A program made the translations under genes and the position numbers. Below the pieces are notes generated by a model. The model was given only the letters and a program-made list of their open reading frames with translations. It was not told the origin of the DNA and searched no databases. From Octopus vulgaris (lineage: Eukaryota), in the NCBI GenBank assembly GCA_951406725.2, contig OX597833.1, positions 30,566,001-30,630,000 on the forward strand: DNA of 64,000 nt. The letters run 5' to 3'. Numbering within the stretch: position 1 is the first letter of the stretch; each line of letters starts with the position of its first letter. Below are positions 52,782-64,000 of this stretch, in pieces.

Positions 52782-55033
52782 AGGTGTAGGAGTGGCTGTG
52801 TGGTAAGTAGTTTCCTTATGCTTGTCGTAGACGGACGTCTTTTTTTCAGCTACTTGATGTCATGTCTTTCGTCGTGAAATATTGAACTTTGAGGCTCGAC
52901 TACAGGTAGGTGTTTGTTGTATATTTTTGAGGGCTTAGTGGAGTTTGTTGCCCTGTATTGAATATTTTTTGGTGAGCAACAGTCTCCACTCTGCTCCAGA
53001 CATTTGCCTGCCTGTGGTCGTGCATGAAGACTCACTTTGCAGTGAGAATTGTATTTTTTTGAGGAGGCATAGCCCCTACACAAAAATTAATTTGTTTACG
53101 AAAATTGTCTTCTTGTCTGTGAATTTCCACTGGATTACCAAGGAGTACCAAGGCAGGAAGGACTATTTTTGCAGCTGGAGTACCTGTATCGGACTTGTGG
53201 AATTGTGTTGCCGTTGATTGAACTGTCTTCCTTCGTTCTTTTCTCTGCTCTGTCTTTCCGTTCTTTTTTTGTGTTTATTACTGAACTTTTATTTAGAACA
53301 TTTGAACTTTTGTTGAACTCTTTTTTGTTTCTTTGTGTTTTTAAATCATGGCTACAAAGAAAACCACTGTGCTGGAGTGGGAAATTGTGCCCCACAAGCA
53401 GTGGATAGAGGACTGAAATGAGAGAATGGTGGTGTTGAGGACATACTCCAAGTCACTCGACACCATCACTGTGTTCTCTCAGGACGAAATTGAAAAAGAG
53501 TTGGTAGAATACCTACCAACTATCAAGTATATTGCAAGGGTTGTCAAATTTGCAACAGTGTGGTTACTGTTTGACACTCCTAAAGAGGCTAGCTTGTTTG
53601 CTAGTCAGCCCCTGAAAGGGGAAAAAATTTTGTTTCTCCCCTCATATCAGGGAAGGAAATTGACAAGAGGCTGGGTGAGTGGCCTGCCACCCGGAATAGA
53701 GCCTGAGTGGATAGAGGATACTATCTGCCAGAGTCTGGTGGCAACGGAGCCTGGCTCTTGAATGTTAGAATGCTTCCTGTGGCTCATTGGGTGGGGTCAA
53801 AAGCAATTTTGACCTTATGGACCCAATCAGCCAAAGATCTGGTCTTCCCAGATTTTCTAAAGATGGCCGGTTCTAGGGATCCGGTGACTCTTGAGGGATG
53901 CCCCCCCCCCCCCCAAGTGTCACCTGTGCCTGTTATCGGGTCACATCAAGAGGAAGTGCCCCAACAACCATGCAAGGGCACTGGAAAAATTAATACAGGA
54001 GGATGTTTTTCCTCCAACGGAGCCTCCTGAGCATTTAAAGGAGGGAGGTGTAGAAAAAGTCGAGGAGGAGGTAACCCCCTCGAAAGGAAAAAAAGAAAGA
54101 AGGTGGACAACAATGGTTGCCCACCGATGGATCCTGTGGTGGCGGGAGGGAAGGAGGGACCTATGGACAAACTGGAGGAGCCTCACTCTCCCAAACCGAA
54201 AAAGGGGAAAAAAAGAAAAGAAAGAAAAACGGGACATTGCCGGCGGTTGCTGGTGCACCGGCAGCATGTTCCAAAACCCCTTCAGTGGAACGTGAGCCAC
54301 CAGAGCGAGAGGCTCTATCAGAAGGAATTGTGCTTTCCTATTTCCGGGCCCCGACCTGCCAATGCAGGCTTTCCTGCAGGCACCGTGTCATTTGCTTAGG
54401 GGCTCCGATGAGGAGGATTGATCTTATAGATTGTGTGTATATTGAATAATTTATTATATATATTTGTAATGGACTATTAAGTCCAATAATTGTCGTTTTT
54501 GATGGAAAAAAAAGAACAATGTTTTAGAGAAGCAGAAAATCGGTGGGCATTTTCTGCCTTCTCTCATCAATATCATCCTTGTTTCCTCATTCACCTCATC
54601 AATGTATATGTCCAGCCCACAAGCTACTCTTTGTAATGCCTTTATGGCAAATCTTAATGAAATAAAGTAGCTTCCTTACGAATCACATGGTTCCAGGTTC
54701 AGTCCCACTGCGTGGCATCTTGGGCAAGTGTCTTCTACTATAGCCTCAGGCCGACCAAAGCCTTGTGAGTGAATTTGGTAGACGGAAACTAAAAGAAGCC
54801 CGTCGTATAATATGTATATATATGTGTGTGTGTATATGTTTGTGTGTCTCTGTTTGTCCCTCCAACATTGCTTGACAACCAGTGCTGGTGTGTTTACGTC
54901 CCTGTAACTTAGCAGTTCAGCAAAAGAGGCCGATAGAATAAGTACTAGGCTTACAAAGTCCTGGGATCAATTTACTTGACTAAAGGCAGTGCTCCAGTAT
55001 GGCCACAGTCAAATGACTGAAACAAGTAAAAGA
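52782..55033 (+). mobile_element. SINE family 1 (head 52782-52820, remainder 54665-55033), split by element E
   Basis: A box TGGCTGTGTGG left of the insert; B box GGTTCAGTCCC and body right of it. Confidence 0.88.
52821..54664 (+). mobile_element. ORF1-only retroelement E with 16-bp TSD
   Basis: ORF1 fragments 53426-54399 (YIARVVKFATV, FLPSYQGRK, GLPPGIEPEW, CHLCLLSGHIKRKC); no EN/RT; TSD AAGTAGTTTCCTTATG 52805-20 / AAGTAGCTTCCTTACG 54665-80. Confidence 0.87.
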
Positions 55034-55543
55034 GAGATATGACAAGTTAGCTTGGGAGATTAAGCAGTTGTGGTTGATGTAAAATGTAGTAGTAGTACCT
55101 ATAATTGTTGGAGCCCTGGGAACATGAGTAAAAATTTGAGAAGTACATGGAACAAATAGGTGCTGCAATAAGGGTGGAGCACTTGCGGAAAACAGCACTG
55201 CTTGGAACTGCTTGAATACTCCAGATGGTGCTCAAAAAATAAGAGGTGTTACCTTAGTTCACTGGTAGTGAACAGCTGGCACTATAGTACATCTCCAGCA
55301 AAGACAATAAATAATAATCCTTATTACTAAAAGCACAAAGCTTGAAATTTTGGGGGAGGAACTAGTCGATTATATTGGCCCCAGTACATAACTTGCATTT
55401 ATTTTATTGACACTGAAAGGGTGAAAGTTGACCTCAGTGGTATTTGAAATATAATAATATTAACAACAACAACAACAACAATAAAAGTAATGCTGCTGTT
55501 GCTGCTGGTGCTGCTATTACTACTACTACTACTACTACTACTG

Positions 55544-55581
<38 letters not shown>

Positions 55582-55589
55582 TCTTCTAC

Positions 55590-55685
55590 TGTCGCACACA
55601 TATGGTTGTGATGCATGTGCCTGGTGTACTGGGCTTCGTATATTTTACCCCAGTGTCACTTTGATGGCATGCACTGCTCTCACTC
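55590..55685 (+). mobile_element. 3' fragment of the (TAA)n-associated non-coding element
   Basis: Matches the reverse complement of ~33958-34090 with a short internal deletion; followed by (TAA)n. Confidence 0.8.
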
Positions 55686-55741
<56 letters not shown>

Positions 55742-55742
<1 letters not shown>

Positions 55743-58590
55743 GAGAATGATAGCGGCATTATTTGCAACCTTAAAAAGGTTGATTGATGGAAATTGAACC
55801 AAGAAATGAAAAATGTCGATGAAATTCTGAAATACATCAGAACAAACAACACCACAGAAACAAATAATTTGATCAAGGCAGTAAGTATTGTTGTAGCAGA
55901 AAACGTGGGTGTTGATGTCAAGGAAAAGAAATATTATGGGAGTGACAAAAGAAAAGATCCATGGTGGAAAAGAAAAATCCAGGCAGGGTTAGACATGCTC
56001 TCGAAGGAAATCTCTGTGTTAGACCGAAAAGAGAAAGGGGAGCTTAAAAGTGAACAAAAATACAGGGTGCTGGAAAGGAAGTATAATATTGAAAGAAAGG
56101 GCCTGAAAGTTGTAATGGAGGAACTGAAACAGTGCCTCTTTGCAAAGAAGGCAAAGATGGTAAGATACGACCAAAGAATGAAGGATTACCACCAGAATAG
56201 GTTAGAATAGACCAGAAGAGATTCCATAAAGAAATAAATAGAGAATGTACAGATGGAAAGTTGATACCTGATAGCATTGAAAGTCAAAGGTTTTGGAGTG
56301 ACATCTGGAGCAAAGACAAGGAGCACAAGAAGGATGCTGAATGGTTTCAAGAACTGAAACAAACAGTAGTCTGTCCAAAACAGGCAGAACTAGTCATTTC
56401 AGTTAGGGAAGTGAAGGAAATCAGCAAAAAAATGAGCAACTGGAAGGCTCCAGGACCAGATGGAGTCCAAAAGATTTGGTGAATGTCATGCACGAATAGC
56501 TGCGCAATTCAACACCTTGTTAAATACCGACCAAGTAACACCAGAATGGTTGACATTGTGCCTCAAAAACATCGAAAAGACAATACAGTAGACAATTACA
56601 GGCCGATATCCTGTTTGCCACATATGTGGAAGTTATTGACTGGAATACTCGCAGAGTCAATGTACGAACATCTGGAAAAAAATGGTGTCTTGCCACATGA
56701 GCAAAAGGGTTGCAAGCATAAGTGCAGAGGTACCAAGGATCAACTCCTGATAGACAAAACTGTACTTAGAGACTGGAAGAGGAGGAAAAGTAACTTAGCC
56801 ATGCCATGGATCAACTATCATAAGGTGTACAATATGATCCCACATTCTTGGATTATGGAGTGTATGAACCTATTTGGTAATGCATCGAATGTTGAGTGAT
56901 TGCTTGAAAAAAGTATGGTGAATTGAAGGACGGACCTGACAGCATATGGAAGAAGTTTAGGGTCAGTAGAAATTAGGAGGGACATCTTCCAAGGGGACTG
57001 TGCCCCCACTGATCTTTGTCCTGTGCTTGATACCACTAACACTGATTCTGAGGAAAGCAAAAGTTGGGTATGTATTCAAAAGCCGCCAACAAAAAGTTAA
57101 CCATTTGTTATTCATGGATGACCTCAAACTTTTTGGTAAAGATGAAGCCCAAGTCAGTTCCTTCGTTGATACGGTGTATACCTTCAGTGCTGATATCAGA
57201 ATGGAGTTCGGACTGAGAAAGTGTGGAATGGTAGTCTTGAAGATAGGCAAAATCAAATGTATGGATGGGCTAACAATACCGTCAGGGGAGGTTATGGAGC
57301 AGATAGAAGAGATGAGCTATAAGTACTTGGAGATTTTGGAAATGGATAAATTGATGGAGAAAGAAATGACAGAAAAATTTAAGGTGGAGTACTTGTGCAG
57401 ACTGAGTCTAATCCTTAAGTCAAAATTAAACAGACGGAATAAGATTGAAGCTATCAACACCTAGGTGGTTTCACTCCTTAGTAATTGCATGGACAATAGA
57501 CAAACTAAACAGCTTAGACAAAAAGACAAGGAAGTTACTAACTAGATATGGGTCACTCCACCCAAAAAGTGACACAGACAGAGTGTATGCACCAAGAAAA
57601 ATAGGGGGAAGAGGACTTATTGGATGCAAACACAGCATTAGAGCAGAAGAAAACAACATAGCTTGGTATGTAAAAAATGCCACAGAACCGCTATTATTAG
57701 AAGTAAGGTCAGGCTTGTGTAGGATGAAAGATTGCAAAGATTAAGCACTGTACAAGCACTTGAGAGTGAATGAAACTGAAAGTAGGTGGGTAAAGAAAAG
57801 ACTGCAATGGTCAATTTTATAGGGATGTTGAAGATAAGACAGAGTAAAAAGATGGCTGTGGATGACTAAAAGTGATTTAAAACTGGAGGTTCTAATCTGT
57901 GCTGCCCAAGAGCAAGCACTAAGAACAAACTACATAAAATACAGAATAGACAACACAGCAGAAAGGGATAAGTGCAGAATCTGTGGACAAAGCAGTGAAA
58001 CCATATGGCAATGTATGCCACTAACCCAGAAGGAATATGAGATGCCACAATATAGCCAGGCTTGTCCATTGGACACTTTGCAACAAGTATGAACTTGACA
58101 GAGCAAAAAAATTGGTACGACCACAAACCTGAAGGCATCGTTGAAAATAGACATGCAAAGTTCCTATGGGATTTTTTGATTCCGTGCGACCATGAGATAG
58201 AGAATAGGAGGCCAGACATAGTCTTAATTGAGAAAGAAAACAAGCTATTCTGGATCATAGACATAGCATGTCCAGCTGACAACAAGGTATGCGATAAGGA
58301 AGAAAGAAAAGTTGAGAGATATGACAGGTTAGCTTGGAAAATTAAGCAGTTGTGGTCGATAGTACCAATAATTGTTGGAGCCCTGGGAACAGTGAGTAAA
58401 AATCTTGAGAAGTATGTGGAACAAATAGGGCTGCAAAAAGGGTGGAGCACTTGCAGAAAACAGCACTGCTTGGAACCATTCGAATACTCCGGAAGGTGCT
58501 AGAAAAATAAGAGGTGTTACCTTAGTTCACTGGTAGTGAACAGCTGACACTGTAGTACATCTTCAGCGTTAGAAGCTGTGCAAAGGCAAT
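55742..58590 (+). mobile_element. R4/Dong-like LINE (family b), 5'-truncated, decayed
   Basis: [45 protein letters not shown] and WDF...RRPDIV; begins directly after (TAA)n. Confidence 0.92.
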
Positions 58591-59829
58591 GATAAGAAGA
58601 ACAACAACAACAAGACAAAGAAGAATGTCAGCTTTGACAGGAGCTGGATGTGTTCTTTGCTGCTCTGACCTGTCAACAGCTGAAGAAGACACCAAAACAC
58701 TAATACAACCAAGTGGGACAACAGAAAAATAACTCTCAAAGACTGGGATATCTACAATTTCCTGGGAGTATTTTAAATTTCCCTCAAAATAAGGTAAGAA
58801 GCTTACATATCTACACTTTTCAAATACACAAATGATCAGCTTTAAAACCTTTAATATCTACAACTGCTGTGAATACCTATCCTTTCCTTTTCCCCTGAGT
58901 ATTCGGAAATGTAAACATCCTTTTTATTCTAAGACCATTACAATTTTCTCTGTTCAGAAATGCAAAAGATCATCTTTAGTGTATTTTAAAACTTTAATAT
59001 CTACAATTTTCTGTGAGAATTTTAACTTTCTTTTCTCCCTGGCTACTCAGATATGTAAACATACCTTTTATTGCAACAACACAATTAAATGCACGATAAA
59101 AAATTAAGGAGGTAAGCACCTGCCAATACATACAAACTGCACAATTACAAAAACTGTGTACCACAGCAAAACTTATAAAAGGAAAAGAATTTTTTTAAAT
59201 AAAAAAAAAATTCAGAAATTCAAAAATTCAATGATGTGAATTTCAGTATATATATATTGTTATTTTTCTATCAGTTATTTAAAATAGTATAAGACAAATT
59301 GGTTCCTTTCAAGGCTAAGGTCAGTGCTCTCATTGATTGCTACTAGTAGTAAACACATTTGACCTCTACTCACCCTAAGGGCGTGAAATTTCTTCTGTCT
59401 CCTGATCACACAGGAATGCAAAAGCCCATTGTTGATCTCCTCACCATCTGCAGAACCTATTTACAGACCTGTGGAATTTGGTCTATTCACCAAGCTGCTT
59501 CTCTTCCTCCTGTTATTCCCTTCAACCCTCACATATTTATGATTATCTCAAGTACAAGACAAAAGTTAAAACTAAACAACATTTAATAATACCACTCAGT
59601 AGTAGTAGCAAAGATGACAGATTTAAATAGATAAAAGCCTTTCTGTTGCCATGGCTACAATGGTTAACCACAACACAAATCAAGGCACTATTGGTGGTAA
59701 CTAACGATGAGCAATGCTGTAAAAGCAAGGTTAAAGTAATGGTGGAGTCAACATTAGTTGCAGAGACAACAACCATCTCTACATCTGCCACAATACAGGG
59801 TTCAATACTAATAATTTTAATGTAGCACA

Positions 59830-62800
59830 AATATGTCTAATGAAGCAAAAAGGAAAACTAAAATAGTACACTAAACCGCTTGTCCTATGGTTAACCTGGA
59901 ATCACGTCCCCCAGGAGAGAGCCAGCCTGGGATCAAAAAGTTATCCAGTGGCACAAACTCTTCTCTGAATACAAACCTGGATGGTCACTTGAACGGGAAC
60001 TGCCCCAACTTGAGCCCTCCAAATGCAAGAGGATCAAATGGACCCGAGGAGTGTATACAGAAGTAATATATGCCTAATACTTTGCATTAGACAGGCCATC
60101 AGAAGAGAAGCACACCACACACTCTTATCAAATATGGAGAACACGAAATCGAATTAGCAGACTATATTTGGATGAAAACAAGTTAGCAAATGTTAGGAAG
60201 GATATCTTAAGAAATAAAAGATTCACAGATAGTGAAAAAACTGCAATCAAGCACGTAGTGGAAAATGACCTAAATATAAGACAGCAAGGAAATGAAAAAC
60301 TAGATCAAGAGAGCAACTCTCCACGAGTCTCTGTTGAAAGACTGCCATCTGACTAGAACATGCAAACATCTGGAGAAATAAATTGTAATGAACCTGATAA
60401 AGATAGCGAGGAAAGTGGTAAGAAACAATATTTGAAGACTACAAATTTACTGAAAAACATAGAGAGTCTATGATAGAACTGAAGCAGAAAATCATGAATA
60501 AGTTTGCATTTGTAAGACATAACAATATGTATGATAGAGAACCATTTCATAAGCCCTGAAATATAATCCAAAATAGAAAACAAATTAAAATTGGAAACTA
60601 TGTAACAAAGGAAATCATATAAGAACTAAAACCATATCTCACTGAATTAAATGAAATTATTTAAGCAACTGCTAAGACAATTGAAACAAATTGTATGCCT
60701 CTGAAAAAACAAAGAAATACAAACCTGAGAAGAATTCCAAGCTGGTAAAGTAAAATTGAAAAAGTGATTGAAATGATGAGAGGTGAAATATCAATATTGA
60801 ATGAACCAATCTGTGGAAACGATGTAAAAACCAGAAAAGGAAGAAAGATGAAGAGAAAACATAGATTCTCACCAAGAGAACTGCTTTCAGGAAAAGAAAC
60901 ACTGCAACATAAAGTCCAAGCAAAATCTCAAAGAAGATAAAGATTTGAGAAGAGAAACAAATTTTACAAACAAAACAAGCTGTTCACATCCAATGTGAAA
61001 ACAAACCATTGAAGACCCTACTGCCATAGAAGAAGTTGAAAACTTCTGGGAAAATATCTGGAGCAATGAAAAGACTAACCATGAAAATGCAGACTGGATT
61101 AGATGCATAGAAGGATCCTACCAAAACTTACCAGAACAAGAGTGGGAAGACATCACAATAGCACACCCAAGGATGACACCCACAAAGACTCATAAGTGGA
61201 AATCTCCTGGTAATGACAGAGTGCCAAATTTCTGGATCACTTCGCTCCCGTGCGCACATGAATAGTTAGTCCAGTTATTCAACGAAATTCTGAGAGATCC
61301 CACAAAAACACCTGATTGGTTAGCAAGTGGTATTACTTACCTACTTCTGAAGAATAATGAAATCAAATTTCCCCAAAACTATTGACCCATAATATGTCTA
61401 TCTATCATGTATAAAATTTTAATGTCCATCCTTGTGGAGAAAACATACAAATTTATGGAATAAAACGATATTTTCCCCACTGAACAAAAAGAGTGCCAAC
61501 GAGGCTTATATGGATACAAAGACCAACTCTTAATCAGTCGCATGATCCTTGAGAACTGTCATAATAAATGCAGAAATCTCAGTTCTGCATGGATTGATTA
61601 TAAAAAGGCCTTCAATGGCATACTGCATTCATGGATCCTGAATTTGCTGGATATCTTGAAAATTTCTCATATGATTTCAAACTTCCTGAAGCACATGTCA
61701 ATGTGGAATATGAATCTCCAATTATACCATTCTAATGGAGTACTGACCACAAAAAAAATATTAATATCAACTGCAGCATTTTCCAAGGTGACTCACTTTC
61801 ACCTTTAATTTTCTGCATAGCCCTAATACCCCTTACAAGTGAACTGAACAGAACAGGGTATGGATATAAAATTGGTGACAAAATAATAAGTCATCTATTT
61901 TATATGGATGACTTGAAACTCTATGGCAAAGACGATAATGAGCTCGAAGGACTACTACATACTATGAAAGCATTCAGTGATGACATTCGGATGGAATTTG
62001 GTCTTGATAAATATGCCAAGGCCACTTTCCAGAAAGGGAAACTGAAGACATCACATTCAGTGGTGTTAGATGTTGTCACAGTCATAAAAGAACTTGAGCA
62101 GGAACAAACTTATAAATACCTCAAAATAAATGAGGGCTCTGGCATTCAACATGCAAGTATGAAAGAGATGATCAGGAAGGAGTGTTACAGGAGAGTTCAA
62201 GCAGTCCTAAAATCCGAGTTAAATGCATGTAGCAAGTTGTTAGCTATGAATTCCTTAGCAGTTCTAGTTGATGTTTATATTTTTAATGTGTTGAACTGGA
62301 ATATGAGTGAAATAAGGAAGATTGGCAAGAAAATCCATAAGCTGCTGACTTACAATAAGATGCACCACCCTAAGGCAGATGCAAATCGTTTTTACCTACC
62401 CAGAGCTCAAGGAGGTCAAGGCTTGATGCAATTTTAAATCTACAAAACCACCACAATTGGACTGGTAAAATATCTCGAAACATCTAATGACTGGATGCTA
62501 AAGCTCATTGAAAACCATGAAAGATGTAAGAAGTTTCATTCTGTTACGAAGGAGAGCAAAAAATTTTCAAGTGAGTTAATGCATAATACCCAGGTTGAAT
62601 GGCATGAGGTAAGTGCAGTAACTGTAGTTGCAAAGAAGGTGAAATGAATAGGAGAACAAAATGCACTTGAACAATTGGCTGATAGGTGGGAATAAAAACC
62701 TCTGCATAGCAAATATGCAGCCCATAGCAAACAAGCTGATGTTGACCAGAAGTTACACCTATCAGTGGCTACAGAGCTCAAGGATAACGGCAGAGAGTGA

Positions 62801-63630
62801 AGGCTTTATCTTGGCTGCCCAAGATCAGAGCTTATTAACCCAGAACTATCAAGCCAATGTGATGAAAACTGGTGTAGACCCAAAGTGCTGATACTGCAAT
62901 GAATGGATAGAAATAGTGGACCACCTAATCTCTGGATGTAAGGTTTTAGCACCTGTAGAGTATGATAGAGTTGGCCATTATTTACATTGGATGTGTCAGC
63001 ATAATAAATTCAAAACTGCTGACAAATGGTACAAGCACTACCCTGAGGCTGTAACTGAGGGAGAAAATGTAACCATTCTTTGGGACTTCCCAGTATGTAC
63101 AGACTGGACCATCAAGGCAAATAAACCAGATATTTTTGTGAAAGACAATAGCAATAAAGTCTGTTTATTGACTGACATGAGCATACCCTGTGACCATAAT
63201 AACTCAGCAAAAGAATTTTATAAGCTCAGAAAATATAAAGATTTTCTTATCAAAATCAAAAAGATGTGGCATCTCAAGATGGCTACAATACCAGTGATTG
63301 TAGGAGCACTCGGAATGATCAAAAAAGGAACTAAAAATTATTTAAGAATGATCCCTGGCTTACCATCCATGCAGGAAGTGCAAAAGATTGTCTTAAGTGG
63401 GATGTCACACATATTGAAAAGAGCATTGTCGCTCTGAATTTTCTTTACTTTTTTCCCCTTTGTTTTATTTGTTGACTTTTCTATTTTTATTTGTTCCTTT
63501 TTCTCTGTCACATGATTCTGTAAATGAACAATCTGGTGTGTTTGTTTTAATGGCCTACCAATGTATACAGTATGTTTCTCTGCTCTAGGTGTCAGGAAGA
63601 CACTCGGCAAGAAATGGAAACAGAACTGAA
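59830..63630 (+). mobile_element. R4/Dong-like LINE (family c), near full length, decayed
   Basis: RIKWT, DENKLANVR, WKSPGND, WIDYKKAF, FQGD, YMDDLKLY, AAQDQ, DHLISGC and WDFPV..ANKPDI; ends in (TAA)n 63631-63665. Confidence 0.92.
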
Positions 63631-63665
<35 letters not shown>

Positions 63666-63667
<2 letters not shown>

Positions 63668-64000
63668 CATATTATCTCTGGCTGCCCAGTCCTGGCTAAG
63701 AAGGAATATATTCACAGACATGACAGAGTTGGGACCTACATACACTATGCCAACATTATGGAATAACAACAGAAAAAAGATGGTATAGGCACACACCAGA
63801 AAAGGTCACAGAAAACGAGAAAGCAACCATACCCTGGGATATGCCGATACACAGATAGAGAAATTAAGGCCAACAGACCAGATATAGTTGTCAGAGATCA
63901 TGAAGAAAAAAATGCTTTCTAATTGATGTATCAATACCAGCAGATAACAACGTGTCTCTAAAAGAAATGGATAAACTTTCAAAATACAAAGACCTGGAAA
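63666..64000 (+). mobile_element. 5'-truncated R4/Dong-like LINE (REL region), runs off the window
   Basis: HIISGCPVLAKKEYIHRHDRVGTYIH...WDMPIHTDREIKANRPDIVV, starting immediately after (TAA)n. Confidence 0.88.

Larger units (their letters stand above)
52755..55310 (+). mobile_element. Short 3' fragment of R4/Dong-like family b (52755-52781 + ~55034-55310), split by a SINE
   Basis: ATAAGGAAGAAAGAAAAGTCGATAGAT ... ATATGACAAGTTAGCTTGGG rejoins to match ~58295-58570. Confidence 0.8.

Overview
Eukaryotic, AT-rich, microsatellite-laden window made almost entirely of decayed transposable elements. The tRNA-derived SINE families look like those of octopus/cephalopods (inference). No host gene could be supported. 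Content: CR1-like LINEs (x4), one RTE, Penelope-like elements (x3 plus hammerhead-bearing remnants), Tx1/L1-clade LINEs (x3), a run of R4/Dong-like REL LINEs separated by (TAA)n at 49.7-64 kb, mariner/Tc1 DNA transposons and many SINEs. Main discovery: five ~1.1-1.8 kb ORF1-only retroelements with no EN or RT. Their ORF1 is homologous to that of the local Tx1-like LINEs, and they appear sequence-specific. Four of them sit as two head-to-tail pairs at the same TTATTCTTAGTGCAAGT site ~40-65 bp upstream of the transposase ATG in two separate copies of one mariner family, with target-site copies at every junction. The fifth sits in the tRNA head of a SINE with a 16-bp TSD. They share a 3' stem-loop, and three carry an unrecognised conserved C-terminal domain. 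Boundaries were read by eye and are approximate unless tied to a quoted motif.
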